From Tubiluchus corallicola (taxonomy: Eukaryota > Animalia > Priapulida), in NCBI GenBank assembly GCA_030141605.1, contig JAQGDQ010000069.1, positions 662,686 to 726,685 of the forward strand: a DNA stretch of 64,000 bases, read 5' to 3'. Positions 25,401-39,101 of the stretch are shown here, one piece after another. The first letter of the stretch is position 1; the number at the start of each line of letters is the position of its first letter. The translations under genes were made by a program, and so were the position numbers. The notes beneath the pieces were generated by a model. The model saw only the letters and a list, made by a program, of their open reading frames with translations. It ran no database searches and had not been told where the DNA came from.

Positions 25401-28086
25401 TGCACCTGGAGAAGACATTTTACCTGTCTTATCAAATTAACGTTCAGCATTTATACACCTGCGGGTTTTTTAAAATTAGTTTAGCTTTCTTTTTATCGTC
25501 ATATAATAATCATGGAGAGATACATATTCTTGCTTGACGACTCCAACCTACAATTACAATGTCTAAACTTACCTAATGTTATAAAAAGTGTTTTATTGAA
25601 TGTCATTATGCTAATAACATTATTTTGAGTTAAAGGAAAGTGTCAGCAAAAATCAGTTTATCAACAGCAATACGTACAAAACGGATGAAATGTTTTAACA
25701 TTAACGTTCACCATTTCCATATTTAGAAATATAAAACAGCGATCGATGCTATGCTGAGTTGTTTCGGTTGTGCTGCTTTTTATAGGTTTTGTGTTGATAA
25801 TTTCAATAAAATCATTAATAAGTTGCACACAATTTCTTATAAATAAACCGTTCTTTTGCGACAGTTATAGATTGTAACAACTAACGTACTGGTTAAAAAG
25901 TTAAAGCAAAAAAAGTTGAAGCATAGATAAAATCTCTGTCATTTATATTTCGCTTGCTGAGAAAAAACAAAACACAAACGTTTGCTTGACTCATAAAAAG
26001 ACCGCAACATTCTTCATAGTCACGAGGCTTTTATAATGTCAAGTATTATTTTGTTATAAACTAGTAATATGGGTAAAATTAACCACATTATTCATTACGT
26101 TTTTTAAACAGAAATGTCGCGATTTTAATAAGAAGTGGCAAGTTTTTTAACTACTTTAACAAAATTAACTATATAATTCAGAAAATTCAGCTGCACATGA
26201 ATGGTTTGGCTATATTTTTGTGGCAGTATGTTACGTACGTAAGAAAAGCTTGAATCACGGAAACTAATGAAAAGTATTATGGAGATAACAACTCAATATA
26301 CTTGCGCTGTCTTTTTGTTGAATGTAAAATTCAACAAATTCTAAATTTCTGGTCAAATTTCCGTATACCAACAATCGAAAACAACTAAAATAATGATTAA
26401 AAATTGTGTTTGTGTTAAAATAAACTCTATGACTTTTCTTATATCTTCGAGAGTATTTTCTTTCGTTATACATACTGTCCTTCAAGAAGGAAGCAATGCA
26501 AATATTTTTGACTTGGGGAATGCATTGTAATTTCGTCCTCTAAATGCAACGTGACTAAGAAATATACTACTAAAATTACAGTTGATTAGAATTAATTTTA
26601 TTTGTTTATTTTTTACTGCTCGTAACCAATTAGTTTGTTTTCTGATTACCAATCATTTGTTACATGTTTTGCAATGCACCATCCTTAAAAGGATGATGAG
26701 TTGCAGCATCCATGAACAGCTGTTTGCACGCACTCTGCAACTGAAGATGCTTCTCGTGTTTACACGCGAAAACTGTCAACAAATATTTGTTTACCTACTT
26801 TGTTTACACAGTGTAACCATCTAAGCTCGCGTATCATTGCTCTAAACAGATTTAAAACTGTTTGTATGTACTGCACGGTGGGCAAAAAACTCGCACAGCT
26901 TTTTAGCATTCCATCTTCTATTCCCGTTCTGAGCGCTACCCGGTTTTGTAAAAAAGCAAGTAACGAATTTTACATATAAACTGCTGTCTATAGTTTAAAT
27001 AGGATTGAAATTGGATTAGAAACCGAACTTTTAAATTCATGTTTAAGGTGTTTCAAAGAAAAAACTGATATTTGCAAATTTTGTTTTAGTGAAATGACAT
27101 AAAGAAATGAAATAATATTCATTGTTTCTTTAATAATATTATATGCAATTCTGTGCCCTAGGAATACTCTAAATATTTCGTGACGTTGAATAGTATAAGA
27201 CCTATATTATTACAAGAATTATTTTGTAATAATCAAAAATTATTACGTAATCTTGTGCAATTTGTAGGCCCAATAAGGAAGCGTAAGGTTTAATTGCGGC
27301 TGTATCAACAATGCACTGAATACGTACAGCAAAACATTTCAGACAGCATTTTTACTGTATTTAAAACTCTTTTAACCCTGGGAAATGCTACCAGCTATTC
27401 TCTTTCAACCTCAAACTTAGTTTTTCTCAGATAATCGCCAACGAAATCTGAGATTTCTTTCACAGATATCATTTCGCGAATCTCCTTCAAGAACATGGCG
27501 GTCTTTTCAATCTAGGGAAAATTGTTGAGCATTTCTATTATACATACATCATGCAATGCAACAGGCGTACAGTGAAAGGTGGTGATTTCGGTGGTGCGTA
27601 AGTGCACCCCCTGACGCCGAAAGAGGCCAGTTTGCAAAATTGCAACTATTTGAGGGTGGTAGTTAGTGGACTGAAGACAAGATGATTATGTGTAACTGAC
27701 GTTTTCTATTATGCACATTTCATTAGGTTGAATAAAGGCCTGCGTGCTGGATTGCTTGTATACGTGAAGAGGTTTTGTGTTGGCTGCGCGTGGAAAGCAT
27801 GAAATGGCCACCAATGATAACCGAAAGAATTCTTTCAGTTAACTGAAAATTGTGCATAATATAAAAATATCAGCAGTTATCTTCTTAGCAGTTTTATTTA
27901 TTTATTTTTTATTTAGCTATGTTTCCTTGCTTGTTTAATTTTTTATAAATAAATGTAGATAAATGAGCTACTAGATGCATGAATGAATCGATATACACAT
28001 GAACAGTCGGTCCAAAACGTCTTGAATGAATTAATTAAATACCAAATAACAACTAAACAATTCATAAGCAAATAAACGAACAAATA

Positions 28087-28227
<141 letters not shown>

Positions 28228-28412
28228 GCGGGCAGGCTGGCACACAAGCATTCTTTCATTTTAAAAAAGAAAGCTATTTTACAATTTATAAACATTATCA
28301 CAACGAGGTTTCTGGGGAAGATTACTTCTACTGCCGATTAAAAATTCAAAATAACGTCTTGACTTCACTAAAGGGACAGTATGTTTATACATTATTTACG
28401 GATTTTTTTCAG

Positions 28413-28538
28413 TCTGCTGCAAAAAGGGCGGGCACCAGTTGTGCGAATTGCGGTACGACGACAACGACATTATGGCGACGAAATCAAAATGGCGATCCAG
28501 TTTGTAACGCTTGCGGACTTTACTACAAACTTCACGCG
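28413..28538 (+). CDS. GATA1/2/3: GATA1/2/3-class transcription factor, coding exon 4 (C-terminal zinc finger)
   Basis: Acceptor TTTTTTTCAG, phase 0. Encodes [42 protein letters not shown]. Donor GTGAGT at 28539, phase 0. Confidence 0.98.
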
Positions 28539-30079
28539 GTGAGTAAAGTCTCTTGTAAAACTTGAAAATTTAAACTCTCAAACTAGCTATGTTAAGTGTA
28601 GCTATTTTAAACTTTTCTTTTACTTAAGATTGGGAATTAATGTAATGTATATTTAAAAATTGGTGTGAATTTTATTAATGTTTACATTCTGTAAAATGTG
28701 GTAAAGAAATAGCACTGCACTAGCGTAATAAAAATACTTGATAGCCTATTAACTGATGAAATTATTAATATACTGCATTTTTTTTAATTTTTGCTTTAAT
28801 AAATAAATAGGGTAATGAGATGATTATAGTGGAGAAAATACATTGCTTCATGTGTTAGAAATTGAGCGGTATTTTGCCTAAACGTTTTTCGCTGCTTAAA
28901 TAATAATTACTGGGGTCAGTTTTGCTGCAATGTGATGTTAACGACAGTTGCTGCAGCTGGGAAAAAAGTCAAGTAAAAAGTAATGGTGCTTCAAAAAGTC
29001 TCATAAGTTATTAAAATCATGCAGACAAAATTTGAAAATTACATAAAATTTAAAATTGATAGACAATTCGGTGAAATGTTTACAATACAGTAAAATGATG
29101 TAAATCAAATTGACGCTGTAACGGAATAACGTATCGATTTTGTGCATTAAAAGTAACGTTGTTAGTCGGATAAAATAATTGATAATAATCATTTTTTGAA
29201 CAGGCATGTTAAAAACGTTTAGCCGTTCAAAATTAACCCATGTTTTTCACATTCTTTATGTCTGGAATATTCGAAATTTTAGTTAATGGTTTAAAAGTTA
29301 GAATAATCGCAAAGAGCATGTTATTTTCTTCTCTTTATAAGACAGAAACAGAGGCAGAAGATTCTCCTCTATTTATTTAGATGTTTCGCGATAAGCCGAC
29401 TCGAGGGACGAGTAAGCATAGATAGCAAGCATCAGAAAAGCTTCTCTATTACCCAGATGCAGCTAAATCTTCAATTGATTTCTTTTAACTATGATATTCA
29501 GCTCAACCCAAATTCTGTGCGGTTTCGTGTTTAACTACTCATGTTATTGTTTTGGACATCAATAATTTATTAATTCCAGCAGTTCGTGCATCTAAAAATT
29601 TTCACGCAGTTAAAATAAATAAATTTAAACATTTAAAAATTGTTGCGCCACAATTTTTGCTACGGAAAAAATAATTTTTCCAAGCATAAACAAGAATTGA
29701 CGATTGCCATTAAACTTCGAGGAAGGTAAATCAATGGTGGGGCATTGTAAAATTTTCGCCTGATCTTCAGTCCAGTGTTGTGCGTCACGTTGAAGAATGG
29801 CAGCCATTTTCAACCTTTCACTTTAGTTTATTCCATCTAGTTTACTTTTCAGTACAATTTACTTATATCTGAGTTTACCCTATACAATTGTCAAACTTAA
29901 TCTGATATGGTTCACCAAAGTGGTTATTCATACTTTTGAGAAGAATAACAACTTTTTCTTGGTATTTTTAGGCAATCTAGTTGCCATAATTAGTAGTTTC
30001 TTAGTTCCCATTCATCTGTTTGTACTGACATTTTCCGCTTTGTCGCCTACACGTGAACCCTGAATGACCTAAAAATACC

Positions 30080-30868
30080 TCGTTAGAATAACTACGAATT
30101 AGCTTCGTTGTAATAACGATGAATTCACATTCAATTCGTTATAATAACTATGAATCCGCATTCAATTCGTTATAATAACTATGAATCCACATTCAATTCG
30201 TTATAATAACTATGAATCCACATTCAATTCGTTATAATAACTATGAATCCACATTCAATTCGTTATAATAACCATGAATCCACATTCAATTCGTTATAAT
30301 AACTATGAATCCACATTCAATTTGTTATAATGACTATGAATCCAAATTGATTTCGTTGTAATAATTATAAATCCGCATAACTTCGTTATAATAAACATTA
30401 ATTCACATTAAAATCGTTAAAAGAACTATGATTACAAATTAAATTGCTTATAGTCACCATGAATCCTCATTAACTTTGTTAGAATAACTTTGAATTAGCT
30501 CCGTTGTAATAACGATGAATCCACATTAAATTCGTTATAATAACTAAGAATCAACATTGAATTCGTTATAATGACTATGAATTCATATAAAATTCGTTAT
30601 AATAACTATGATTCCACATTAAATTCGTTATAGTAACTATGAATCCTCGTTAACTTCGTTAGAATAACTATGAATCATCATTAACTTCATTAGAATAACT
30701 ATGAATCTACATTAAATTGGTTATAATAACTGTGAATCCCTATTAAATTCGTTATAATAACCATGAATCCACATTAAATTCGTTAGAATAACTATGAATC
30801 TACATTGACTTTGTTATACTAACTATGAATCCACATTAAATTCGTTATAATAACTATGAATCCACATT
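30080..30868. repeat. 31-bp minisatellite, about 25 units
   Basis: Unit TTCGTTATAATAACTATGAATCCACATT(C/A)AA, head-to-tail with no spacers. Confidence 0.95.
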
Positions 30869-31495
30869 ACTCACAAAATTTTACAAATTATTGAAGAATA
30901 AGGAGTCACAGCATTTGGTACAGAGATCATAAATATTAATCATTTCAGTTTAACCTGCACTTGCTAATCTCTGCAATGGTTTATTTTCAACGCCAGCCGC
31001 GTGTAAAATTGAGTTGCTTCCCTAACATTATCAAAGGCGGGGAACTTTCTGTTGCGCCATGTTTTCAAAACATTTTTACTTTCTCTGTGTTCCGATTATC
31101 TTGTTATTAACTGTAGGAATCACCCAAAAGGCAAAGAAGCACTTGCTTGTTTTAAATGATAATGATAATGATAGATGATAATTTACAACAATCAATACAA
31201 CGGAAACGAGGGATGATGGTGATAATGATAGAGACGATGCTTGCTAGAGGTGGTTGTGGTATGATGTTCATGATAGCGATGATAATGATGGCCGTAGTAG
31301 ATAAAATGAAGATGACAACGATAATAAGGTGATCATAATGGTAATTAGAACAATCAGCTTGAAGACGATGAGATCAAGAAGATGAACAAGTCATCTACAA
31401 GTCCTGTCTGTAGATGGCGTTAAGAACGATTGCTCGACGACAGCGACAACTCTGACTGTTACACTAATAATGGCGAATTTCAAAAGAAGACAGCA

Positions 31496-31530
<35 letters not shown>

Positions 31531-32167
31531 CAGAGTCAGAGAACTGATGCGCAATGATATAATTAGGACCTTATATGTTGATGACAACGAAAATGATGGT
31601 AATGGTGGTGTGATGATGATGGTGATGCGATGATGACGATGATACCATTTGTATTAACGACGATGACAGTTGCCATGCAATTATACTTCTTCACTGTTTG
31701 AGTCAAGTTCATAAAGTCGAGACGGTTCGCATTGTATGTCATGCATTCATGTTTAAATATGCAGCTTTCATTCGCTTTTCGTCGAACGTCTTTTCGGTCT
31801 GCACAGCTTCTATCTTCTATTGTGGCCAGTAAGCGAAGTGGTGCCCAAAATCCCATAATCACAGTACTTATTGGGGATTATGACTATTGAGTGTAGTATA
31901 TAACTCAGCTAGGTCGCGCTTCTTAGACTAATAGCGCGGGGCAAGCATTATTCTTGTTGCTCTGTTTGCGGAGATTAAAGTTTAGCTGAAGACTTCGAGT
32001 TGAAAAGCGTGGGAGCGGACGGGATGCTAGCAATGCCAGGTTTATGAGAATTAAATGCCTGAAGGTGGTGGGTCTGTTTGGCTTTAGATACGGATTATAG
32101 CAAAAATGGAAATGCAGGACAGACAAAGAAGGAAGGGAAGGTGGAATAAATCAATGTAGAATAAAAA

Positions 32168-32369
32168 AGGAGGGAGAGGAGAGAAAAGAGAGAGACGGCA
32201 AGAGAGAGGGAGGGAGAGATGGAGAGAAAGAGAGAGAGAGAGTGAGCGGGGAGAGAGAGGAGAGAAAAGAGAGAGACGGCAAGAGAGAGGGAAGGAGAGA
32301 TGGAGAGAAAGAGAGAGAGAGAGAGTGAGAGAGAGAGAGTGTGTGTGTGAGCGGGGAGAGAGAAAGAGA
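32168..32369. repeat. GA-rich tract with internal duplication
   Basis: GAGAGGAGAGAAAAGAGAGAGACGGCAAGAGAGAGGGA occurs twice. Confidence 0.9.
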
Positions 32370-33239
32370 TTATAGCAGAAAAACTTATCCGTAGAAGGGC
32401 AGTTTCATCTCCGGATTAGAATTTTCCTGAGGCAGCAATTTGTCTAACTGGCCTATCATTAGGTTGTATCGGCAGATAACAGTTTTAGCTGTATGGCAGG
32501 TACCACCCGATTTGTCCAAATCAGCGAAAAGATAAGCTACATGAGATATCTTTACTTGCGTTCGTCCTACCTGCTGAAATCAACACAGCATATTGAATGT
32601 AAGGGCATAGATTGAGAGGCAGTTTTCCAGTGAGATGATTTCTGGCACATAGGAAAACGTATTGTGTCCTATGATGATATATTTTTGTAAAGGGGTTAGA
32701 GAATTTTATCTAGAGAGTTTGTACAAGTGGTGGTCAAGCCGAAGAATTCCATTGATGTTAAATTTGCATTTCGGATTGCAGCCTCCTGTTTAATTTAATC
32801 TTTCCTTGACTGTGCGGCGTGCACCTTTTTATTATTTTTTACATTTGCTTAACGGGAAGTGCTTTAAATGTTAGTTTAAACAATTATCTCTTTTGCAGCT
32901 TTTAAATGTACGTTCTGCATAATGCCATAAGTAGTCAGAAAGTTTAATTAAAAGCCTGCAGATAAAATACGTTTTGCTACACAGATTGAGATGGCGTTGT
33001 CAAAAGAATAGTAAGAGAACAAAAATCAATTGTAGTAAACATAGCTGGTAATTGAAATAATTTGTGTTAGCTGTGAAAAATTCGGTATTAAAGTGTAATG
33101 ATTTTTTGCGAGTTTACAAAAAAGAAAAACCGGAAGAAACGTGTACTTTCCGTGACTCCTATGCGCTAACAGCAAACTCAAAGCAGATAAGTACACTTCA
33201 ATGCAATTGCAGCAGCATTACTCTATAAACCAACATATA

Positions 33240-33340
33240 TAGGCCCACAGCTAATACATTAACGTTAATCGTAAACAGCAATGGGCGCAAGGTTTTACCT
33301 TGGGGTACTCCCTTGCAAATGTCGACTTGCGACTGCAACA
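33240..33340 (-). mobile_element. Decayed LINE reverse transcriptase fragment
   Basis: Translates as KGVPQGKTLRPLLFTINVN, matching the non-LTR RT motif GVPQGSVLGPLLFxxYIND of the CR1/L2/Jockey group. No intact YADD follows. Confidence 0.65.
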
Positions 33341-34204
33341 TAATATAATTTGTAATGTACATAAAACTGACTCCGTTTTTCACCTCACGTCCAGTCCGAG
33401 GAAATTAAGTAGCAACTTTTATTTCAGAAGCAGTAGTTCGATCTTTATCTATCCTATCTTCCTCAGGAGACACCTCCCGTAGCAGAGTTCTCTTCTGGTT
33501 GTCTGGCCGCTTGTCACTTTTGCCACTTTGCTGTCTGACCGTCTGACTCCGCCGTCATGATCGGTTTCTATCAGTGTTTACCATCTCTTAATTACTCAGT
33601 TAAACAGACCGACTCATCCGGCGCGTATTATCCTGCTGTGGGGCACAATTACGACAAACATGTTTCTTAATGAAGATATCATCTATTGTCTTAAAAACTT
33701 GAATACGTTCTGCCCTTTTTGCCCAGAAATTCAATATCTATTTTTACATAACCATTTTAAAAGTTAACTCCATGAAATAGTAATATGCTTTAGTAAATTG
33801 TGACAACTACTCATTTGTGACAACTTATTCGTTTGCGTAATAGCATTATCCCCTGCTGAGCCACAAATTGGTCACAATTAATACCGCCTCTCACCGCCCC
33901 CGGTCTTTTGGCTACGTCTAATGCCATTATCAGCTCCTAGTTCCGGCTACCGATGTGCCGGACGGGTATTATGGTAACTTGTAATTTTCCTGTCCCGATA
34001 TTTGCATCCCCGTGTGCAGCTATTGTTTTGGCAGATTGACTGAAGAACGGAAAAGTCAACATTGTTGGAGATTACGCAGGCTAGACGCTTGTGTGACTAG
34101 ACTACATGGGCGTATTGCTGATGACAGCTCGATAATCAACTAATGTTAGTTAGTAATCCATTTATATTTGTAAACGTCATTACTTATATCCATATTATAT
34201 ATGG

Positions 34205-34205
<1 letters not shown>

Positions 34206-34268
<63 letters not shown>

Positions 34269-34352
34269 TAGCGTATGTATATATACATACATATATGTAT
34301 GTATATATATATATATACATACATATATATGTATATATACACATATATGTAT
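34206..34352. repeat. (TG)n/(TGCG)n/(TA)n compound microsatellite
   Basis: Read directly. Confidence 0.95.
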
Positions 34353-34528
34353 AGAAAGTTGTAAAGTATAGTAACAAAGAAATTAACGAAGATATAATAG
34401 TGTTTTAGAATTTAGACTTTTATTTTTATTTCAACACAGAAATACACGAATACAATAAAATAGAGTGAAATTTAAATCTTGAAACTCTCAAAATTATCGT
34501 TCAAGTTAATGCAAACAAGATAGCTTAA

Positions 34529-35106
34529 AGGAAAACCGGGCCCGTTCTTAAACTATAGGTCAAAACATCTTGTGTTTAAAATATTGAAAGGGAACATACT
34601 ATTTTTTCAAGGAACATACTTGAACTTACGTGAAAGAAATATTACCATACATACGCATTTCGTGTTCGCGCAGCTAGTTCGTCACTTTTGCATGCATTTC
34701 GGAAACGCATTGCACAAAAAACAGGTGTTGTACCTCTCAGTTTAGAGGTCTTCGCTTATTACGTAATACACACGTTAGAAGTTTGATAAATTTAAAATTG
34801 AATTTTTATCTTAAAACTTGCCGAGTTTTAGTACAACCACGTACAACACACCGAATCTCTTAGAGTACACTGTACTTCAATTTTCGCTTTTGCAAATACG
34901 TGAAAGACACTCATGGAATTTTTTGCTGTAGAAAAACATGTTCATTTGTGATGTCATCAATCGTTGGGCTCGCGTGCCGTTAATTAAGATTTTAATCTAT
35001 TATTTAATTATCAGAAATGCTGATGCATTGTTATGGGTATTAAATTGTTCACTTTTTACCGTCCTTGAAAATGAGATAGGATATAAAAAAATCATCCTGT
35101 TTTCCT
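34529..35106. mobile_element. Non-autonomous DNA transposon (MITE), Kolobok-type
   Basis: TTAA|AGGAAAACCGG ... CCTGTTTTCCT|TTAA: TTAA on both flanks and an 11-bp TIR with one mismatch. A homologous copy lies at about 13211-13884. Confidence 0.75.
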
Positions 35107-36881
35107 TTAAATTAATGTCAAATTTAAATAGTAAATTAACGAACTTATTATAACTCGTATAGACTTAACCTGTTACGTTTTTTTTCAAATAAATTTTTCA
35201 GTGTTTGAGAAGTACTGATATTATATTGCCATGCTCATTTATTTCAGCTAAAATTAATTGAGCTTCATTTTTATTTGAGCTGTATGCTTTTCTGACGCCC
35301 TGTAAACTGTTTTAATGTCCAGCTTTCATCATCGACACTGCAAACTAAAAACACTTTGCTTCAAAGGGAAGTTTACCTTACTTAAGATCTTAATTCTCAA
35401 ACTTTTTGTATTGCGTGTTCGTGCGAAAATTAATGGAATTTTTAAGAAGTGACGAAATATGAACTTGTTAGAATTGCGGCTTTGATACCGGTATTTATTT
35501 AAAATTTCCGGAGTCCTCGATAGAGAGCAGGCGTTACACTGTGGAATAATCTTACGCCATAAATAATTATCATAAATTAATAAATAATAATAACAAATAA
35601 ATAAATAACAAAATAAATAAATAAACAAACAGAAACACAATTACCACGATGGCTAACCGCAAAACATAGCAATTTTATTGAAAATTTGCACAATTGAAAC
35701 ATAAGTCTCGGCATTGTTTATGCTGTCATCAGCAGGAACCTAAATCCCAGTTACAAATGGGCCTTGTTAGTAACAATAAAGAAAAAAATGGCTACTCAAA
35801 AACTGACTGTTCAAGTGTGCAAGTGTTCAGTAAATTATGATGTTTTCAGTGGCCGGTGAAGCAATTTTATTTCTGCTAAAATTGAGATATCCAACTGTAA
35901 GATCTATTACTAGTTTGAACCGTGATTATAGTTTCGTAGCAAAAATGGAGTGATGCGGCAATGTATTACTCCGCGGTACTCATCACTCTCATTTGTTTTT
36001 CTGATCTTGTCGTCACTTAGTATGGCATGTCATCTGCTAGTCGGGTAATGGATGGCATGGCGCCCTCTCGTAGACAGAGCCTTCCGCCACATTTTGTCTT
36101 TTCTTTATCATCTGGAGGGCAGCTGGTATTCTTAGTGAAGACCAGCTTGCGAATTATAATCTTTTTTTATTTAATGGACGAAGAAGATTTGAATGTTAAT
36201 AATAATGGCCTACAACAATTATTTTTGGGTATGTTTTACTCACCAGAAAATTAGGCTCAGTTACAAGCAGTAATTTGGCACAAATGCCCTTTATTTGTTT
36301 TTCTTTGTTGTTTAGTTGTGGAATTTTGTATTCATTGTCGCCATTCTTGTCATTAAGTATTAATCTGTGTTATTCATATTCACGTTAGTCAACTTTCTTG
36401 ACTATTATTATTGAATTATTTTTGCATAAATTCTGGAATTTTTCTTTATCATGCCAAGTGATTCCAAAAACGTTTTCTATTTAAAGGATTAGTGTTATTT
36501 AGTAATTCGCTCATTCATTCATTCATTCATTCATTAACCAGTTTTTTCGTTTGTTCATTTTTTTATTCATCCATGTTGTTAGTCTGTCAGTCGGTTGGTC
36601 ACTATCAGCCATCCTGGCAGTCTGTTACCAAGTTACACTTTGTCAGTCTGTGAACTAGCGATGACAGTCAATCACTCAGCAAAGTGTGTGGGCGGAGCTG
36701 CATAGCGAAGCTTGTAACTAACATGAGAACCTATCACCTATCACCCGGGTATCCTGTTGCAAATGCAGTGCAAGCAGAATAAAAAGAGAGGGTTAATGTT
36801 CACTTCTCATTAACAACCCACCCTTAACTGAAAGTGGTTCGAATGTTACGTATTCCTGATCAGAGGATTATTTATTTCCAG

Positions 36882-37268
36882 GTGAACCGACCAATGACAA
36901 TGAAGAAGGAGGGCATTCAAACGCGAAACAGGAAGTTGTCAACGAAGAGCAAGAAGAAGAAGAACATGCATCTTCACATGACCGGCTTGACAATTCCAGA
37001 CATAATTAAACCGATAGGATCAATGGCATCAATGCACGCTTCAAGTTATGAGAAATTTTCAACTTTTGGTCACCACGCTGCAGCACATGCAAGTCTAAGT
37101 CACATGACTGGCATGGCGCCATCTCATTTGACGCATTACATGCCTAGTGTGTCTTCTTCGTTTGGCGTTCCACCTTCTCACGTTCCAAGCTCTTTGTCAC
37201 ACCACAACTCTTCATTGTCGTTTGGTACAAGTGGATTCAGTTCCAGTATGGTGGGCGCCATTGCTTAA
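36882..37268 (+). CDS. GATA1/2/3: GATA1/2/3-class transcription factor, last coding exon
   Basis: Acceptor TTTATTTCCAG, phase 0. Encodes the basic tail VNRPMTMKKEGIQTRNRK, a His/Ser-rich region and SSSMVGAIA-stop (compare SSMVTAMG in GATA2/3). The five exons total 211+582+146+126+387=1452 nt, i.e. 483 aa plus stop. Confidence 0.96.
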   Translation: MNRPMTMKKEGIQTRNRKLSTKSKKKKNMHLHMTGLTIPDIIKPIGSMASMHASSYEKFSTFGHHAAAHASLSHMTGMAPSHLTHYMPSVSSSFGVPPSHVPSSLSHHNSSLSFGTSGFSSSMVGAIA

Positions 37269-39101
37269 AAAGGTTTCCCATATTCATTAGTGATGGGTAA
37301 AGTTATCAGTTGAGGCACCTGAAACTGATTATTGCAGCTACACTTTTTTCTTGTTATATAATTAAATATATAAATATTTTAAATTATTAATACTCGCCTG
37401 TAACATTTACATTTTTTGAGTATTTTAATGTATATAATGTATACCTTTATATAGAGCGTAATCTTTAAATAGTCTTTTAAAGTGTCTACATGATTATATA
37501 TAAAATACTCTGTCGTTAAAATTATAACAAGTCTTTGTTCATAATCAAAAAGAACCTTAATCGAAGCCTTTTTGTCAAAAAATTAAGCTTAAACAATATT
37601 ATAGCTTAAGTACTTCTACAGTTTACACAATATAAAGTTTTTGGTCTCACACTGATGAAAAGTCTGTATTATACATACTGCATGAATGTTGAAATTTAGG
37701 ATGTGTTAGCCTTGTGCATTTCCCTGGTCAATTACAAGATAACGTTTTATTAAACACACGAAATTGTAAAATAAGACGCCTATACAAAATTTGCCTTTTG
37801 TAAATACTGTATGTATAAGTAATTTTGTGTACAAAGTCACGAGTGAAAACAGATTACCAACTTTTAGGCTGAATTGCTTTAAATTGTTTATTGTGCTATA
37901 TCTTCATTTTCTCTCACAGAAAATTTTTATGTATGTGGGGATACGCCTAAAATAATTGTAGTAAATTGTAACTGAGTTGAATAGACGGAAAGTTCAATTG
38001 TTCATATTAACGTTCATTCGGAACCGTTTTAAATGCCTTACTAATGCCTACTTTTCAGAAACATTATTAGGCTGAAATATGACATTTCGTCAGAAAGTGC
38101 GCATCGTGTAGTATCATGTAGTTTTATTATGAAAGTTTTATCATGCCATATTCAAATTTTTGTAAAAAATGAGTGCTACGAAAATAACAGCTTTCTTATG
38201 ATTTATAGTATAGGCCCCTATTCATTTTCAAGTAAGTTAACTAATTGTTAAATCATTGACGCAAGCAAGTTGACGCATTTATGGAATGCGCAAGGGTCAC
38301 GGAATTAAAATATACTTCAAAAAAATGCCTTCACTTTAATTTTGTGTAACCTTGGTGTCTTTTAAAACTACATAAAAGAATTTTTTGTTACGGTTATGAT
38401 GCTCTTTTCGTGGACAGGCACGTATGTCATATGAGATATACGAAAATAGAAGAAAAGGGAATTTTAAAATATATTCCAAAAAGTTTTCATACAAAGTTAT
38501 ATTACTTAACATTAGGCTTACCTATTTGAAAGATTTACGTAATTGGAAAAAATTCTTAATACTTTAAAATATTCGTGCCACCTGGTAAAGTTATGTGTGC
38601 ACCACGAGTGTTCTGTTTATATTTATGTTCACATTTTTATAATGTTATCTAAACTTGTTTCAAACGACCTGCCATCAAAATGGCTGGGCCTATAACGGTC
38701 ATTGCGGGAGTTTAAATTTACAAATTTTAAACGCCATTGCTGCTAATAATGTTAGCTCTATACGCAATAAGACTGTATATGAAGGTAACACAAAATTTCA
38801 AGATGATTTTTAGCTTTGCGTAAGTAAAGGGTTTTCATATTCTTTAATTATTGAAGGCTAAATTCAAGTTAAGTTTGGAAAGACTTATGCTGTATTCTTG
38901 ATTCTGTTGAATTTTGACAGCTCCTGTACTCACTGTACTCACGGCTTACAATGACATAAAAATATTATAATTACACAACATAATTATTTGTAGGGCCATA
39001 AAGTTTTATGTAGGCGTTCTTTCTCCATCTATTATGCTTCAAAGATGAATTGTAATATAAAAACAATAAGCTACTGGCTAATAAATGCTTATGTAAATAA
39101 A
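37269..39101 (+). other. Putative GATA1/2/3 3' UTR
   Basis: Repeat-free AT-rich sequence after the stop codon, with AATAAA at 39080 and 39096 (earlier ATTAAA near 37362) and TGTANATA motifs at 37429, 37799 and 39092. The end point is uncertain. Confidence 0.4.

Noticed and set aside
25403-25447. GATA2 +9.5-like E-box/GATA composite in the inter-finger intron
   Set aside because: CACCTG and TTATCA are present, but orientation and spacing do not fit E-box-N8-WGATAR.
26741-26778. Hammerhead-ribozyme-like cores (CTGAAGA...GAAA here; also near 39472, 50890 and 58761 on the minus strand)
   Set aside because: In each case stem I, II or III cannot form, or GAAA does not follow stem II.
30080-30868. 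CRISPR-like regular repeats (also 50768-50900 and 51407-51526)
   Set aside because: Units are head-to-tail with no unique spacers, there are no cas genes, and the context is eukaryotic intron or intergenic DNA.
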